Assembly: GCA_965223115.1 (NCBI GenBank)
Contig: OZ244982.1
Span: forward strand, 601,128 to 665,127
DNA length: 64,000 bases
Direction of reading: 5' to 3'
Source of the DNA: Gammaproteobacteria bacterium
Lineage (GTDB): Bacteria > Pseudomonadota > Gammaproteobacteria > UBA4575
Shown here: positions 1 to 12,473 of the stretch, piece by piece
Layout: every line of letters starts with the position of its first letter
How positions within the stretch are numbered: the first letter of the stretch is position 1
Notes under the pieces: model-generated
Databases searched by the model: none
The model's input: only the letters and a program-made list of their open reading frames with translations
Told to the model about the DNA's origin: nothing
Program-made: the position numbers and the translations under genes

Positions 1-795
1 GAGCTAGAAGATGCTTCGCATGCACATCAAGTTACTTCATTTGAAGGTACCTTGAGTAAGGTTATTGATTTAACTCACGATATCAAAGAAATAGTCATTA
101 CTTCTGATTATCCAATGCCTGATCGTAGTGGTGTAGCGGGCCAATATGCAGAGATTAATAGAGCGGGTTTAAGTGCACCACGCTCCTATTCTTATGCAAA
201 AGCGCCAGAGAATGAAAATAAAGATGAAGTAACATTTTATGTACGTAAGGTGCCAGGTGGCGAGTTTACCGAATGGTTATTTGCACAAGACCGTAGTGGT
301 GAAAAAGTTACTGTGTCAGGGCCTTATGGCCATTTTTGGCTAAGGCCAGGTCCTAAGACTATGGTATGTATAGCGGGTGGTAGTGGCGTTAGTTCCATTA
401 AGGCAATTTTAGAATCTGCTGTAAATGAAAATGTAGAACGGGATTGTTTATTCTTATTTGGGGCACGTACACAAGATGATTTGTATTGCATAGAGGAAAT
501 GGCTGAAATTGGTTCGAAATGGAACAAAAATCATTCATTTGAGTTTGTGCCTGTGCTAAATATGGAACCGGAAGGTAGTAACTGGGATGGCGCTACAGGG
601 CTTGTTACTGACTATCTTAAGTCAGCCTATGTAGATACGGGTAAAGTTGCGCTTGGTGAGGCTCAGGGCTATTTGTGTGGTCCGCCACCAATGATTGATG
701 CTGCGATTGAAGTTATGGTGGCACAAGGCATGAATAAAGATGATATCTACTTTGATAAGTTTTTAGATGCGAGCTCAATGCCAGGTGGGAGATAG
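1..795 (+). CDS. FAD/NAD(P)-binding oxidoreductase of the ferredoxin-NADP reductase family; C-terminal part only, 5' end lies outside the window
   Basis: The open frame runs from base 1. It has the RxYS FAD-binding motif (RSYSYA), a GGxG NAD-binding motif (IAGGSGVS) and a CGPPPM motif typical of FNR-type reductase components. Confidence 0.6.
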   Translation, partial: ELEDASHAHQVTSFEGTLSKVIDLTHDIKEIVITSDYPMPDRSGVAGQYAEINRAGLSAPRSYSYAKAPENENKDEVTFYVRKVPGGEFTEWLFAQDRSGEKVTVSGPYGHFWLRPGPKTMVCIAGGSGVSSIKAILESAVNENVERDCLFLFGARTQDDLYCIEEMAEIGSKWNKNHSFEFVPVLNMEPEGSNWDGATGLVTDYLKSAYVDTGKVALGEAQGYLCGPPPMIDAAIEVMVAQGMNKDDIYFDKFLDASSMPGGR

Positions 796-831
796 CAAGA
801 ATAGATAATATTTAGAATATAGGAGACGTAT

Positions 832-1056
832 ATGCGTACACTTCAAGCTTTAGCTGTTATGGCACTATGGACCATTGTGATATTTACCATCATTAATTTT
901 GTAGGCTTTAATGAGCATTATCGAGAGCCACTTTGGGCACTTGGTGCGGCAGTATTATTTGTAATTATGCTAATTGGAAACTTTTGGATCTTTTTTACAA
1001 TTGCTAAAGAAGAACCATGGGAATGGGACAAAAATAAGTCAGGAGATAGTGAATAA
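832..1056 (+). CDS. small hypothetical membrane protein, two predicted TM helices
   Basis: 74-aa ORF preceded by AGGAG. It has two long hydrophobic segments and ends just before the bidirectional terminator hairpin. Confidence 0.35.
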   Translation: MRTLQALAVMALWTIVIFTIINFVGFNEHYREPLWALGAAVLFVIMLIGNFWIFFTIAKEEPWEWDKNKSGDSE

Positions 1057-1087
1057 AATCATCTTATCTTATTACACAATAATCATA

Positions 1088-1117
1088 AAAATGGTCGTCT
1101 ATAGACGGCCATTTTTA
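1088..1117. terminator. bidirectional rho-independent terminator between convergent genes
   Basis: Hairpin atggtcgtct-ata-gacggccat flanked by an A-run upstream and a T-run downstream. Confidence 0.6.
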
Positions 1118-1118
1118 T

Positions 1119-2045
1119 TTACGAATACATAAGGGTTTTAGATTTTGGGATTTTCACTGTATCCCAATGTTGTATAGCCCAATCCCATATATCTTCTAAG
1201 TTTTCTGCGGCAAGGTCATGTGGGGGTTTCTGTCCTAAATCAAGTAATGCTTTTACTAATGTAACGTTACAATTATTTATTGATAATGGCTCTGCATTTG
1301 ATTGTTTGCTTAATTTGTGTCCATGCTCATCAATAATAATAGGTATATGCAGAAATTTTGGTATAGCTGATCCAAGTAATTTGCAAATGAAAATTTGCAA
1401 AGATGTAAATGTTAGTAAGTCACTACCGCGTACGACTTCAGTTATATTTTCATAGGCATCATCAACACTTACAGCAAGTGCATAAGTTGGAAGCTTATGT
1501 TTTCTATAAATTATTATATCGCCGATATCATTTAATATATTTAATGATTGTTTGCCATATACTGCATCATGGAATTCGATAAATTCATCACTAGTACGCA
1601 GTCTTAAGTTATAAGCAACATTGTTTATATCAAGGTTTTTGGCTCTACAGGATCCGGGATAACGTTTTCCTAAAACCGACTCTTTAGCTATCTGATCAAT
1701 TTGTTTTCGTGAGCAAGAGCAAGCATATATTAGATTTTTTTCTTTTAGTTTAGTTAGTTTTTCATGATACGTTTCATTGCGTGATGATTGATATAAAGGT
1801 GATCCGTACCATTCAAATCGATAGTGTTCTAGAGTGTGTAGAATGTTGTTCGCTGAGCCAGCTACTTCACGAGGGGGGTCAATATCTTCAATGCGAATTA
1901 GCCACTGTCCTCCATTCTTTTTTGCCTGAAGATAGCTTGCTACGGCAGCGATAAGTGAGCCGTAATGAAGTGGGCCAGTGGGAGATGGGGCAAAACGGCC
2001 AATGTAAAGTTGCTTATTGAGTTGACTACTAGTACGAGTGCTCAT
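1119..2045 (-). CDS. gluQ: glutamyl-Q tRNA(Asp) synthetase
   Basis: RFAPSPTGPLHYGSL (HIGH-like) and IRIEDIDPPRE motifs match GluQ/YadB. 308 aa. Confidence 0.85.
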   Translation of the reverse strand: MSTRTSSQLNKQLYIGRFAPSPTGPLHYGSLIAAVASYLQAKKNGGQWLIRIEDIDPPREVAGSANNILHTLEHYRFEWYGSPLYQSSRNETYHEKLTKLKEKNLIYACSCSRKQIDQIAKESVLGKRYPGSCRAKNLDINNVAYNLRLRTSDEFIEFHDAVYGKQSLNILNDIGDIIIYRKHKLPTYALAVSVDDAYENITEVVRGSDLLTFTSLQIFICKLLGSAIPKFLHIPIIIDEHGHKLSKQSNAEPLSINNCNVTLVKALLDLGQKPPHDLAAENLEDIWDWAIQHWDTVKIPKSKTLMYS

Positions 2046-2082
2046 AGTTTAAATGTGATGAGTCACACTAGAAAAGAAATAA

Positions 2083-2985
2083 CTATGAGAATATTTGTTT
2101 CTCTTTTATTTCTTGTAACGTTTTGCAATCTATACATAAAGTAGCAGTAGGTCTGGCTTCCAGTCTTTTAATTCCTATTTCAATTCCACATGATTCGCAA
2201 TACCCGTATTCATCCGAATCTATTGATGCCAAAGTTTGATTTATTTTACGAACTAATTTGCTTTCACGATCACGAGTACGTAATTCAAGACTAAACTCTT
2301 CTTCTTGTGTTGCACGATCTGCAGGATCTGCAAAGTTGCTTGCATCTTTTTTCATATGATCGACTGTGCGATTAACTTCATCAAGCAGATCTTGTTTCCA
2401 GCGTAATAATATATTACGGAAATGTTCCAATTGATTAGGACTCATGTAACTTTCACCACGATGCATCGTATAAGGAGTAATACCGTCAACGGGTAAATCT
2501 ACTGATGAACGTTTGTTGAGTAGTTCGATGCGTTTTTTCTTTTTTTCTTCTTTTGCAAGCCGAGCTTTTTCTTCTGCAAGTTCAGCTTTAGTTGGTTTTT
2601 TTTCTTTAGGTTGTGTCTTTTTCGGCGTAGCTTTCTTTTTTGCCACTACTTTTTTCTTGGGTACGGCTTTCTTTTTTACCGCAACTTTTTTCTTAGGCGC
2701 AGCTTTCTTTTTTGCAGGAGTCCGTTTTTTTGCCACTGCCTTTTTTGTTGACGTTGCTTTTTTCTTTACTGCTGTTTTTTTCTTGGGAGCAGCCTTCTTT
2801 TTTGCTGCTACCTTTTTCTTGGGCGTAGCTTTCTTACTAGAGGCTACTTTTTTCTTTGTTGCAGCCTTTTTCTTAATGGCTGTTTTCTTTTTTGGTGTTG
2901 CCTTTCTCTTTGTAGCTGACTTTTTTGCTGCCATGGAACTCTCACTTAAAAATGAAGCCCGCTTTGATACCAGATAACGCGTCAT
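2083..2985 (-). CDS. dksA: DksA-family RNA polymerase-binding zinc-finger protein with a ~150-aa histone H1-like Lys/Ala-rich N-terminal extension
   Basis: The C-terminal 140 aa are near-collinear with E. coli DksA (ADRATQEEEFSLELRTRDRE, CESCGIEIGIKRLEARPTATLCIDCK). The N-terminal half is made of AKKKA/PKKK repeats. The start could instead be the internal Met at 2934. Confidence 0.8.
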   Translation of the reverse strand: MTRYLVSKRASFLSESSMAAKKSATKRKATPKKKTAIKKKAATKKKVASSKKATPKKKVAAKKKAAPKKKTAVKKKATSTKKAVAKKRTPAKKKAAPKKKVAVKKKAVPKKKVVAKKKATPKKTQPKEKKPTKAELAEEKARLAKEEKKKKRIELLNKRSSVDLPVDGITPYTMHRGESYMSPNQLEHFRNILLRWKQDLLDEVNRTVDHMKKDASNFADPADRATQEEEFSLELRTRDRESKLVRKINQTLASIDSDEYGYCESCGIEIGIKRLEARPTATLCIDCKTLQEIKEKQIFS

Positions 2986-3049
2986 CTGGCAAGCAACAAC
3001 TGAATAAAAGCTAGCGATTGAAAACGGCTAGACAGTAAATTTAGTAAAT

Positions 3050-4423
3050 TTATGGGTCTTTTTTATCAACATTGCCGTGTAGTCGGCCTGTAGCTAATTG
3101 TATGAGTATTTTGTCACCCTCAGAGACCTGTTCTGAAGAATGGATAATTTGATCATTTTCCTCATTAGAAACAATTGCATAGCCTCTGTTCAAGGTTCCG
3201 AGTGGACTAATTGCATGAAGAGTACGAGTTAAGCTCGTTAATTGTTGATTTCCTTTGTTTAGTTGTTGATTTATTAGGCTATATAGTTGTTTGTGTAAGT
3301 TATCAAGTTGTAATTTGGAGGTATGAATACGAGTTTTTGGTGATTGGTTTTCAAGTCGTATTATCAGCTCATTGAGTGAATTAGAATGAGCATAGAGTTC
3401 AAGTCTGATTGCACTGAGTGCGCGATTTTTGAGTTCGGTCAGTCGTTCAGAGCTTCTTTGTAGCGCTTGTTTCGGGTGTAAAAATTCTAGTTTTTGTGCT
3501 AGCCAATCGATAGATTGGTGTAGCGTAATTAGCTTATCCTGAATAAAGTAATATAAAGACTTTTCAAATTGCAAAAAGTTTTCTATTAAGTCATTTTGAT
3601 GTGGTGTGATGAGTTCGGCTGCAGCTGATGGTGTTGCAGCACGTATATCGGCTACAAAATCAGCAATTGTGAAATCAACTTCATGACCGATACCTGTAAC
3701 AATAGGTATGTGGGACGCATAAATAGCACGTGCAACAATTTCTTCGTTAAAAGACCACAAATCTTCTATAGAGCCACCACCACGGGCCAGGATGATGACA
3801 TCACACTGTTTTCGGTCGTTTATAGTTTGAATTGCATCTACTATGGCAGCAGATGAATCATCCCCTTGGACGGCTACGGCAAAGATTTGTATGTCTAGAA
3901 TAGGGTATCTGCGCTGTAGAACACTGAGAATGTCACGTATTGCAGCACCAGTCGCAGAAGTGACAACCGCAAGTTTATTAGGAAAAGTGGGTAATGCTTG
4001 TTTGTGTGCTTGCTCAAATAGGCCTTCTTTATTTAGTGCTCTTTTTAGTTCTTCAAATTTACGCTGAAGTATCCCAATCCCTGCTTCTTCCATGTGTTCT
4101 ACAGTAAGCTGATATTCACCCCGAGGTTCGTATAGTGCAACTCGTGCGCGGATCAAGACATGGTCACCGTCTTCAGGTTTAAACTCAAGTCTTCGATTAG
4201 CATTGCGAAACATTGCACAGCGCACTTGGGCTTGCTCATCCTTTAATGAAAAATATATATGCCCTGAAGCGGGTTTGGCTAAATTCGAGAGTTCTCCTTC
4301 AATCCAAATCATGGCGAAGTTGTTTTGCAGTAATTGCTTCACTTCAGCGTTTAATTGGCTTACCGAGTAGATCTGTCTTTCTTCAAGGTCGATGTTTAGC
4401 TGTGAGGTATCCATTTTGGACAT
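3050..4423 (-). CDS. xseA: exodeoxyribonuclease VII large subunit
   Basis: 457 aa. The N-terminal OB fold and central catalytic region (ILARGGGSIEDLWSFNEE) are typical of XseA. Confidence 0.85.
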   Translation of the reverse strand: MSKMDTSQLNIDLEERQIYSVSQLNAEVKQLLQNNFAMIWIEGELSNLAKPASGHIYFSLKDEQAQVRCAMFRNANRRLEFKPEDGDHVLIRARVALYEPRGEYQLTVEHMEEAGIGILQRKFEELKRALNKEGLFEQAHKQALPTFPNKLAVVTSATGAAIRDILSVLQRRYPILDIQIFAVAVQGDDSSAAIVDAIQTINDRKQCDVIILARGGGSIEDLWSFNEEIVARAIYASHIPIVTGIGHEVDFTIADFVADIRAATPSAAAELITPHQNDLIENFLQFEKSLYYFIQDKLITLHQSIDWLAQKLEFLHPKQALQRSSERLTELKNRALSAIRLELYAHSNSLNELIIRLENQSPKTRIHTSKLQLDNLHKQLYSLINQQLNKGNQQLTSLTRTLHAISPLGTLNRGYAIVSNEENDQIIHSSEQVSEGDKILIQLATGRLHGNVDKKDP

Positions 4424-4490
4424 ATTAAATTGTTTAATTTAGAGCAATATTGAATATTTTAATACTGAATGTCAGTTTACCGCGAAATAG

Positions 4491-5990
<1,500 letters not shown>

Positions 5991-6020
5991 TAAAAATATT
6001 GCTTTTTTAAGCTTATACAC

Positions 6021-7595
6021 ATGACAGATATTCATGCGCATAAAATCTTGATTCTTGATTATGGATCTCAATATACACAACTCATTGCGCGTCGAATTCG
6101 TGAGATAGGAACGTATTGTGAAATTTATCCATGGGATGCATCTGCAGAACAAATTGCATCATTTAATGCAAAAGGCATAGTTTTATCTGGTGGCCCTGAA
6201 TCTGTCACTATCGAAAACACACCTGAAGTTTCTTCATCGGTTTTAAACTTAGGTGTTCCTATTCTTGGTATTTGTTATGGCATGCAAGCTATGACAAAAC
6301 AAATGGGTGGTGATGTAGAGGTATCCAATAAACGTGAATTTGGTTACGCACAAGTATCATTTGCAGGAGATGCGGAACTTTTCTCAGGGCTAATTGGTGA
6401 TAATAACAAGAATGGTGCTGACATATTAGATGTTTGGATGTCGCATGGAGATCATGTTGTTAAGTTGCCAGAGGGTTTTAAAGTTATCGCAAGTACGGAA
6501 AGTGCTCCGATTGCCGCTATTGCAGATGAAAAACGAAAATTTTATGGTCTGCAATTCCATCCGGAAGTTACACATACAAAACAAGGCCAACATATATTAC
6601 AACGTTTTGTTAATAAAATTTGTAATTGTAATTCAGATTGGACTGCTGCAAACATTATTCAAGAGTCTATAAATCAGGTTAAACAACAAGTTGGCAGCGA
6701 TCAAGTGCTCCTTGCGCTTTCAGGTGGTGTGGATTCTTCTGTTGTTGCTGCCTTGTTGCATGAAGCGATTGGTGATCAGCTTATCTGTATTTTTGTTGAC
6801 ACAGGGCTGTTGCGATTAAACGAAGGTGACCAAGTCATGGATACTTTTGCTCAGCATATGGGTATAAAAGTTATTAGAATAAATGCAGAGCAACGTTACT
6901 ATAATGAATTAAAAGATGTAGAGGATCCAGAGAAGAAAAGAAAAATTATAGGTAATCTTTTTATTAGAATTTTTGAGGAAGAAGCAAAAAACTTAACAAA
7001 TATAAAGTGGTTAGCTCAAGGTACAATTTATCCTGATGTTATTGAGTCTGCAGGGGCAACGACAGGTAAAGCGCATTTGATAAAATCCCATCATAATGTG
7101 GGTGGATTGCCAGAAGAAATGGAGCTTCATCTAGTCGAACCATTGAGGGAGTTATTTAAAGATGAAGTAAGAGCAATTGGTTTGGAGCTTGGTTTACCAC
7201 GTGACATAGTTTTTCGACATCCATTTCCTGGGCCAGGTTTGGGAGTTCGTATTTTAGGTGTAGTAAAAAAAGAATATGCTGATTTATTACGTTTAGCAGA
7301 TGATATTTTTATTTCTGAACTTAAAAGTAACAATTTATATGATGATGTATCACAAGCGTTTGTAGTTTTTCTACCAGTTAAGTCGGTAGGAGTCATGGGA
7401 GACGGTAGAAAATATGATTATGTTGTTGCTTTACGTGCTGTTGAGACAGTAGATTTTATGACTGCCCGTTGGGCTCATCTTCCCTACGAATTTTTAGACC
7501 ATGTTTCTAGACGTATCATTAATGAAGTGAATGGAATTTCAAGAGTGACTTACGATATCTCGGGTAAGCCACCAGCCACGATAGAATGGGAGTAA
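6021..7595 (+). CDS. guaA: GMP synthase (glutamine-hydrolysing)
   Basis: N-terminal GATase ([24 protein letters not shown]), ATP-PPase motif SGGVDSSV, C-terminal ends ...[10 protein letters not shown]. Confidence 0.92.
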   Translation: MTDIHAHKILILDYGSQYTQLIARRIREIGTYCEIYPWDASAEQIASFNAKGIVLSGGPESVTIENTPEVSSSVLNLGVPILGICYGMQAMTKQMGGDVEVSNKREFGYAQVSFAGDAELFSGLIGDNNKNGADILDVWMSHGDHVVKLPEGFKVIASTESAPIAAIADEKRKFYGLQFHPEVTHTKQGQHILQRFVNKICNCNSDWTAANIIQESINQVKQQVGSDQVLLALSGGVDSSVVAALLHEAIGDQLICIFVDTGLLRLNEGDQVMDTFAQHMGIKVIRINAEQRYYNELKDVEDPEKKRKIIGNLFIRIFEEEAKNLTNIKWLAQGTIYPDVIESAGATTGKAHLIKSHHNVGGLPEEMELHLVEPLRELFKDEVRAIGLELGLPRDIVFRHPFPGPGLGVRILGVVKKEYADLLRLADDIFISELKSNNLYDDVSQAFVVFLPVKSVGVMGDGRKYDYVVALRAVETVDFMTARWAHLPYEFLDHVSRRIINEVNGISRVTYDISGKPPATIEWE

Positions 7596-7809
7596 TATGA
7601 TTTGTATTAAAGCTGAGATCCCCCCAGAATTATGTGAAATAGATGATGAGTTAAAAGCTATATATCATAGTGAAGATACCATTTGTTTTTTTATTTTTAA
7701 AACACGAAAGGATCGAAATAAATTTTTGGATGATACTGTTGGTATGAAAAAAACTAAACGAGAAAAGTATTTTAATTCATTTTATAGTTAGTTATTAATC
7801 AATTTTCAA

Positions 7810-8259
7810 TTGAATCGAGATCAACAATGGATGCATAGAGCCCTTGACTTGGCAAAGTATGCAGCAACAAAACAAGAAGTGCCTGTTGGGGCAGTGCTTG
7901 TTCTCAATGATGATATAATAGGAGAAGGTTGGAATCAGCCAATTCAATTAAATGATCCTTGTGCACATGCTGAAGTTATTGCTTTACGTCATGCAGCAAT
8001 TTCTATAAAAAATTATCGCTTATTAGATACAACAATGTATGTGACATTAGAACCATGTGTTATGTGTATTGGTGCATTGATACATGCCCGTATTAAGCGA
8101 CTCGTGTTTGGGGCCTATGACCCTAAAACTGGAGCTGTAGAATCTGTATTTGATTTATTAGATGATGATAGGCATAACCACAAAATTGAATTTTCTGGAG
8201 GTGTTTTAAAAGAGGAATGCGCTAGTTTACTGCAACAGTTTTTCTATCAACGCAGGTAA
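7810..8259 (+). CDS. tadA: tRNA-specific adenosine deaminase
   Basis: HAEVIALR and PCVMCIGAL zinc-binding motifs. Collinear with E. coli TadA. Confidence 0.88.
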   Translation: MNRDQQWMHRALDLAKYAATKQEVPVGAVLVLNDDIIGEGWNQPIQLNDPCAHAEVIALRHAAISIKNYRLLDTTMYVTLEPCVMCIGALIHARIKRLVFGAYDPKTGAVESVFDLLDDDRHNHKIEFSGGVLKEECASLLQQFFYQRR

Positions 8260-8272
8260 AAATTCAATTTCT

Positions 8273-9673
8273 TTAAGGGTTTTGAGCAATGACTTCGTGC
8301 AGTTCTCCCTTGTTTTCAAGCCATACGAGTAGATCGAAGTAATTACGAATGTTTTGTACATAAACTACAGGCTCTTTTCCTCTAGCATAACCAAAACGGG
8401 TTTTTTCATACCACTTTCTCTTGCTAAGTAAAGGTAAATATTTTCTTACATCGGACCATAGATCAGGGTTGTCGCCAGCTTTTTGAGTAAGTATTCTTGC
8501 GTCTTCCAGGTGTCCAAAACCAACATTGTAAGCAGCCAACGCAAACCAGGTGCGGTCAGGATCATTGATGCGTAAAGGGATTTTATCGCGCATAACTAGA
8601 TAATACTCAGTCCCACCTAAAACGCTTGCAAGAGGGTCAGCTCGATTATTAATTTGTAATTGTTTTGCGGTGTTACGAGTAAGCATCATGAGGCCTCTTA
8701 CGCCCGTAGGTGATACTGCATTAGATCTCCATAATGATTCTTGATAACTGATTGCAGCAAGAAATCGCCAATCGAGATCAAATTCCAATGCTGCTTCTTT
8801 AAAAATATTTTCATATCTAGGAAGCCGTTCTTTTACATGCTTAATAAATGTATGGCTATCAGCTGGAGTAATGTCATTTATATGGCCAAAATATTTTTCA
8901 CTTAGTTGTGTCAAGGTTCCATTATTAGTGATTTCTGCAAAAAACTTTTGTGCTGATTTCTGTAAAGAAATGTCTTCTGATTTTTTGAATGCCCAAGCTA
9001 ATGATTGTTCTTTGCCTAGATTGAATCCAACTCTTAGTTTAGGGAAATAGCGTCGGCTTAATGCCAGTTCATTTGAGTCAGCAACTGTGTAATCAATAAG
9101 TCCTTCAGAAACTAATTGCATTAATTCTTCTGGGTTAAGGTCTGGGTATTCATGCCATTCTAAATATGGGAAAAATTCTTTATGGTCTTGTAATATTTGT
9201 GCGTGGGTACTGCCTTTAACCACAGCTATCTCTTTGTCATCTAGATCCTCAATAGTTTTGGGTCTTTTTTTACCGCCTTGATAAGCTACTTGGGTTGTAA
9301 CTTGAAGATAATCTGGACCAAAATCCACATAAGTTTCGCGTTGTTTTGTGCGTGTAATACCTGCAGCACCTATATGCGCTTTACCATCGACGACAGCCGG
9401 GAGAATTTGATGAAACTCGTTGTGTACAATTACTGATAGCTTTACTTTTAAGTAGTCTGCAAATAAGCTTGCTAGCTCATATTCAAAACCAGTAGGCCCT
9501 TCATTACCTATGTAATAAGTACTAGGACTATTACGCGTAATAATAACCAATTCACCATTGTGTTTAATTTGTTGCAGTAAAGAAGGCGAGTAATGGTGAT
9601 GTGCAATGCCAAAGATCGCAATCACAAATACAATGAGAATTAATATCTCAATTTTGTGGAGAGTAGATTTCAT
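8273..9673 (-). CDS. mltF: membrane-bound lytic murein transglycosylase F (periplasmic-binding-protein domain plus SLT domain)
   Basis: N-terminal signal/TM, SBP_bac_3-like region, C-terminal SLT motif region (ISYQESLWRSNAVSPTGVRGLMMLT). Confidence 0.8.
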   Translation of the reverse strand: MKSTLHKIEILILIVFVIAIFGIAHHHYSPSLLQQIKHNGELVIITRNSPSTYYIGNEGPTGFEYELASLFADYLKVKLSVIVHNEFHQILPAVVDGKAHIGAAGITRTKQRETYVDFGPDYLQVTTQVAYQGGKKRPKTIEDLDDKEIAVVKGSTHAQILQDHKEFFPYLEWHEYPDLNPEELMQLVSEGLIDYTVADSNELALSRRYFPKLRVGFNLGKEQSLAWAFKKSEDISLQKSAQKFFAEITNNGTLTQLSEKYFGHINDITPADSHTFIKHVKERLPRYENIFKEAALEFDLDWRFLAAISYQESLWRSNAVSPTGVRGLMMLTRNTAKQLQINNRADPLASVLGGTEYYLVMRDKIPLRINDPDRTWFALAAYNVGFGHLEDARILTQKAGDNPDLWSDVRKYLPLLSKRKWYEKTRFGYARGKEPVVYVQNIRNYFDLLVWLENKGELHEVIAQNP

Positions 9674-10526
9674 TGTATATCTTAAGTTTGTGACGTTATG
9701 GCTAATTAATTTAGAAATAGTTTTTATGCTTTAATGTGCAATATAAATTTTAATTGAGCTGTACAAAGCTATATGTGATTTCAATAACAACCTTAGAAAT
9801 AATGAATTTATATATAGTGAATATTATTCTATGTGTTAGCTTGGATTCCAAATGCTTAATTGATATATAAACACTTAATTAACGTGTGTTTTTAGTGTAA
9901 AAAATTAAGCAGAAATGCTAACTAACTATTCTATGAAGCGTTTTTAAAAATGCATTTATTTAGATAAATTTTGAAATTAATAACATTACTTTATGTAGTA
10001 GTATGAAAAATGTGTGGATTGTGTACAGATAGTGCAATTAAACCAAATGGTTTTGTTTGTATAAACAAAACATCCTGCTTGCCAAAAGTGTTTAATTTAT
10101 AAAGTTACAATATAAACTTTTTTCGATAAGTAGGTTGTAGTGGTTTTTTGTTTGGATAGGGTTGATAGATGAACTTCTAGTATTCTACGAATCTATAAAT
10201 ATCGTTTTATTTAATTTAATAACTACAATTATTTTCAATCTTGGTGCCAACTAAAATTCTTAATATTTGTTGTTAAAAAAGGTGCTTTTTTATTAAAAAA
10301 TAAATAGCTAAATAAGAATTCTACCTTTTGAATCATTAGGTTATTTAACCTCATAATAATTAGGGTTAATAAACCCTATCAATACATGTAAAATTCTGTT
10401 AAAAACTTAAGAACAATTATATTTTAGCTATGTAAATAGCTGTTAATAAAAATAATTATCTGAGTATATCAATTTTAAAAGTGTGTATTTTAGCAGCTTA
10501 AATATTCCCATAGGTTTAGTACAACA

Positions 10527-12455
10527 ATGCCTACTCGTGTCGATGATATCCATTCTTTAAAAAATGCATCTCTGTATGAGTCAGAGCAGGTCGATGATGT
10601 GGAAAACGGGAATGTGGTTAATATTTTCCCAGAACATAGCAAGTTAACAGATGAGAAGCTTGTAACAATCCCTAATCAAGGTTCTGTCTATGAGGTGGGT
10701 GATTTACTAGTTTCGTATTTAGAGCAAATCGGTGTTGAATATATTTTTGGTATTCCAGGAGGTGCAATCGAGCCACTTTATAATGCTTTAGCCAGAAGTG
10801 AACGCAGAGGGTGCCTTAGAGCTGTTGTTGCAAGACATGAAACGGGAGCTGCATTTATGGCAGACGGTTACTCCCGTAGCAGTGGAAAGCTTGGCGTCTG
10901 TTGTGCAACAACAGGCCCTGGAACAACGAACTTAATTACGGGTGTTTCATCAGCATATGAAAATAACATTCCACTTCTTGTTATAACGGCACAAACAGCT
11001 TTATCGACATTTGGTAAGGGAGCATTCCAAGAATCCTCATGTACTGGGATAAATACTTTAGGGATGTTTCAGTATTGTACACGTTATAACTCACTAGTAT
11101 CACATATTGAGCAGTTTGAAAGGAAGTTAGTATCAGCGATTATGACTGCATTCCAGTCTCCATCAGGCCCAGTGCATTTGAGTTTACCCATGGATGTGCT
11201 TGGTACTCAGACTTCTATTGCTGAGCCGACGTATGATTTAGCTAATTTATTATGGTCACCTTCTATGGTGGATGAAGAGGGAGTTAGTTTGCTTTGTCAT
11301 GACTTAGACACGAGTAAAAATACTGTAATTATTATTGGTGAAAATGCTGGGTCGGCAATAGGAACTATTCTTGATGTTGCATGGTTGTTAGATGCTACGG
11401 TTTTAACTACACCTTTAGGTAAGGGTTTGGTTAGTCCTTATCACCCATTATTCCGTGGAGTGGTTGGTTTTGCTGGACACAAGAGTGCCCATGATGCACT
11501 AAATGATCCAGATTTAGATACAGTTATAGTGATTGGGTCATCATTAAGTGAATGGGAAAGTAATGCTTGGGACAAAGCATTACTAAATAGCCGCTTAATT
11601 CATATCGATGAAATTGAAACAAATCTTACTCGTTCTCCTATGTCTAATTTACATATAAGAGGCTCTGTGCAGCATATTTTTTTAAAAATATATGCATATC
11701 TTAACGAGAAATTAGATGACAAAAAGCTTAGTGAGAATTCAACTAAAATTAGTGATAGTCAAATTTCATCTGAAGTTTCTAAAATTCAATTTACATTAGA
11801 TGAGCCTGATAAATATCATTCTGATGCAACTCCTATTAAGCCACAGCGATTAATGAAGGAGCTATCAAATATATTTCCACCTCACACTCGTTATCTAGCT
11901 GATACAGGCAATGCATTTGCTTGGGGGATACATTATCTACATCCTTATGATAGAAGGATTGCGGGAAAACGCGATGTAAATGGTGGATTATTTCGCGCAT
12001 GTATCGAGTTTGCTTCAATGGGGTGGGCAATTGGTGCGTCTATTGGTACTTCACTAGGGGCTAAGAATACACCGGTAGTGTGTTTGACGGGTGATGGTAG
12101 TTATTTAATGTCTTCACAAGAAATATCTGTTGCAGTATATGAAAAACTTACAGTGATCTTTATTATATTAAATGACTCAGAACTAGGTATGGTTAAGTCT
12201 GGACAAATTCTTGGTCATGCTGAAGTTACAAGTTATCAACTTCCTGCAACAGACTTCTCAATGATGGCGAACGCTTTGAATGTGCCTGCTTACGTAGTTA
12301 AATCCCCTGGGGATTTATTTGCATTAGATATTAATGAAATATGCTCAAGAAAGGGGCCTACATTAATTGACGTTCATGTTGATTCAAATGAATTGCCTCC
12401 AATGCAAACAAGAATACAAGTTTTGCATCCAACTTCAAATGACACTCAAAAATAA
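10527..12455 (+). CDS. thiamine-pyrophosphate-dependent enzyme of the acetolactate synthase large-subunit / sulfoacetaldehyde acetyltransferase family
   Basis: N-terminal TPP-pyrimidine domain (IFGIPGGAIEPLYNAL). C-terminal TPP motif GDGSYLMSSQEI...NDSELGMV. Has a ~60-aa N-terminal extension. Confidence 0.75.
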   Translation: MPTRVDDIHSLKNASLYESEQVDDVENGNVVNIFPEHSKLTDEKLVTIPNQGSVYEVGDLLVSYLEQIGVEYIFGIPGGAIEPLYNALARSERRGCLRAVVARHETGAAFMADGYSRSSGKLGVCCATTGPGTTNLITGVSSAYENNIPLLVITAQTALSTFGKGAFQESSCTGINTLGMFQYCTRYNSLVSHIEQFERKLVSAIMTAFQSPSGPVHLSLPMDVLGTQTSIAEPTYDLANLLWSPSMVDEEGVSLLCHDLDTSKNTVIIIGENAGSAIGTILDVAWLLDATVLTTPLGKGLVSPYHPLFRGVVGFAGHKSAHDALNDPDLDTVIVIGSSLSEWESNAWDKALLNSRLIHIDEIETNLTRSPMSNLHIRGSVQHIFLKIYAYLNEKLDDKKLSENSTKISDSQISSEVSKIQFTLDEPDKYHSDATPIKPQRLMKELSNIFPPHTRYLADTGNAFAWGIHYLHPYDRRIAGKRDVNGGLFRACIEFASMGWAIGASIGTSLGAKNTPVVCLTGDGSYLMSSQEISVAVYEKLTVIFIILNDSELGMVKSGQILGHAEVTSYQLPATDFSMMANALNVPAYVVKSPGDLFALDINEICSRKGPTLIDVHVDSNELPPMQTRIQVLHPTSNDTQK

Positions 12456-12473
12456 AAATTACATAAAATTTAA

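Noticed and set aside
2513..2977. 154-aa plus-strand ORF rich in Phe/Ala
   Set aside because: It is the antisense reading of the Lys/Ala (AAA/GCN) repeat tract of the dksA extension. Low-complexity mirror ORF, not a gene.
7597..7791. 64-aa ORF immediately after guaA
   Set aside because: No recognisable features and it is very AT-rich. It could be a small protein but there is not enough support to call it.
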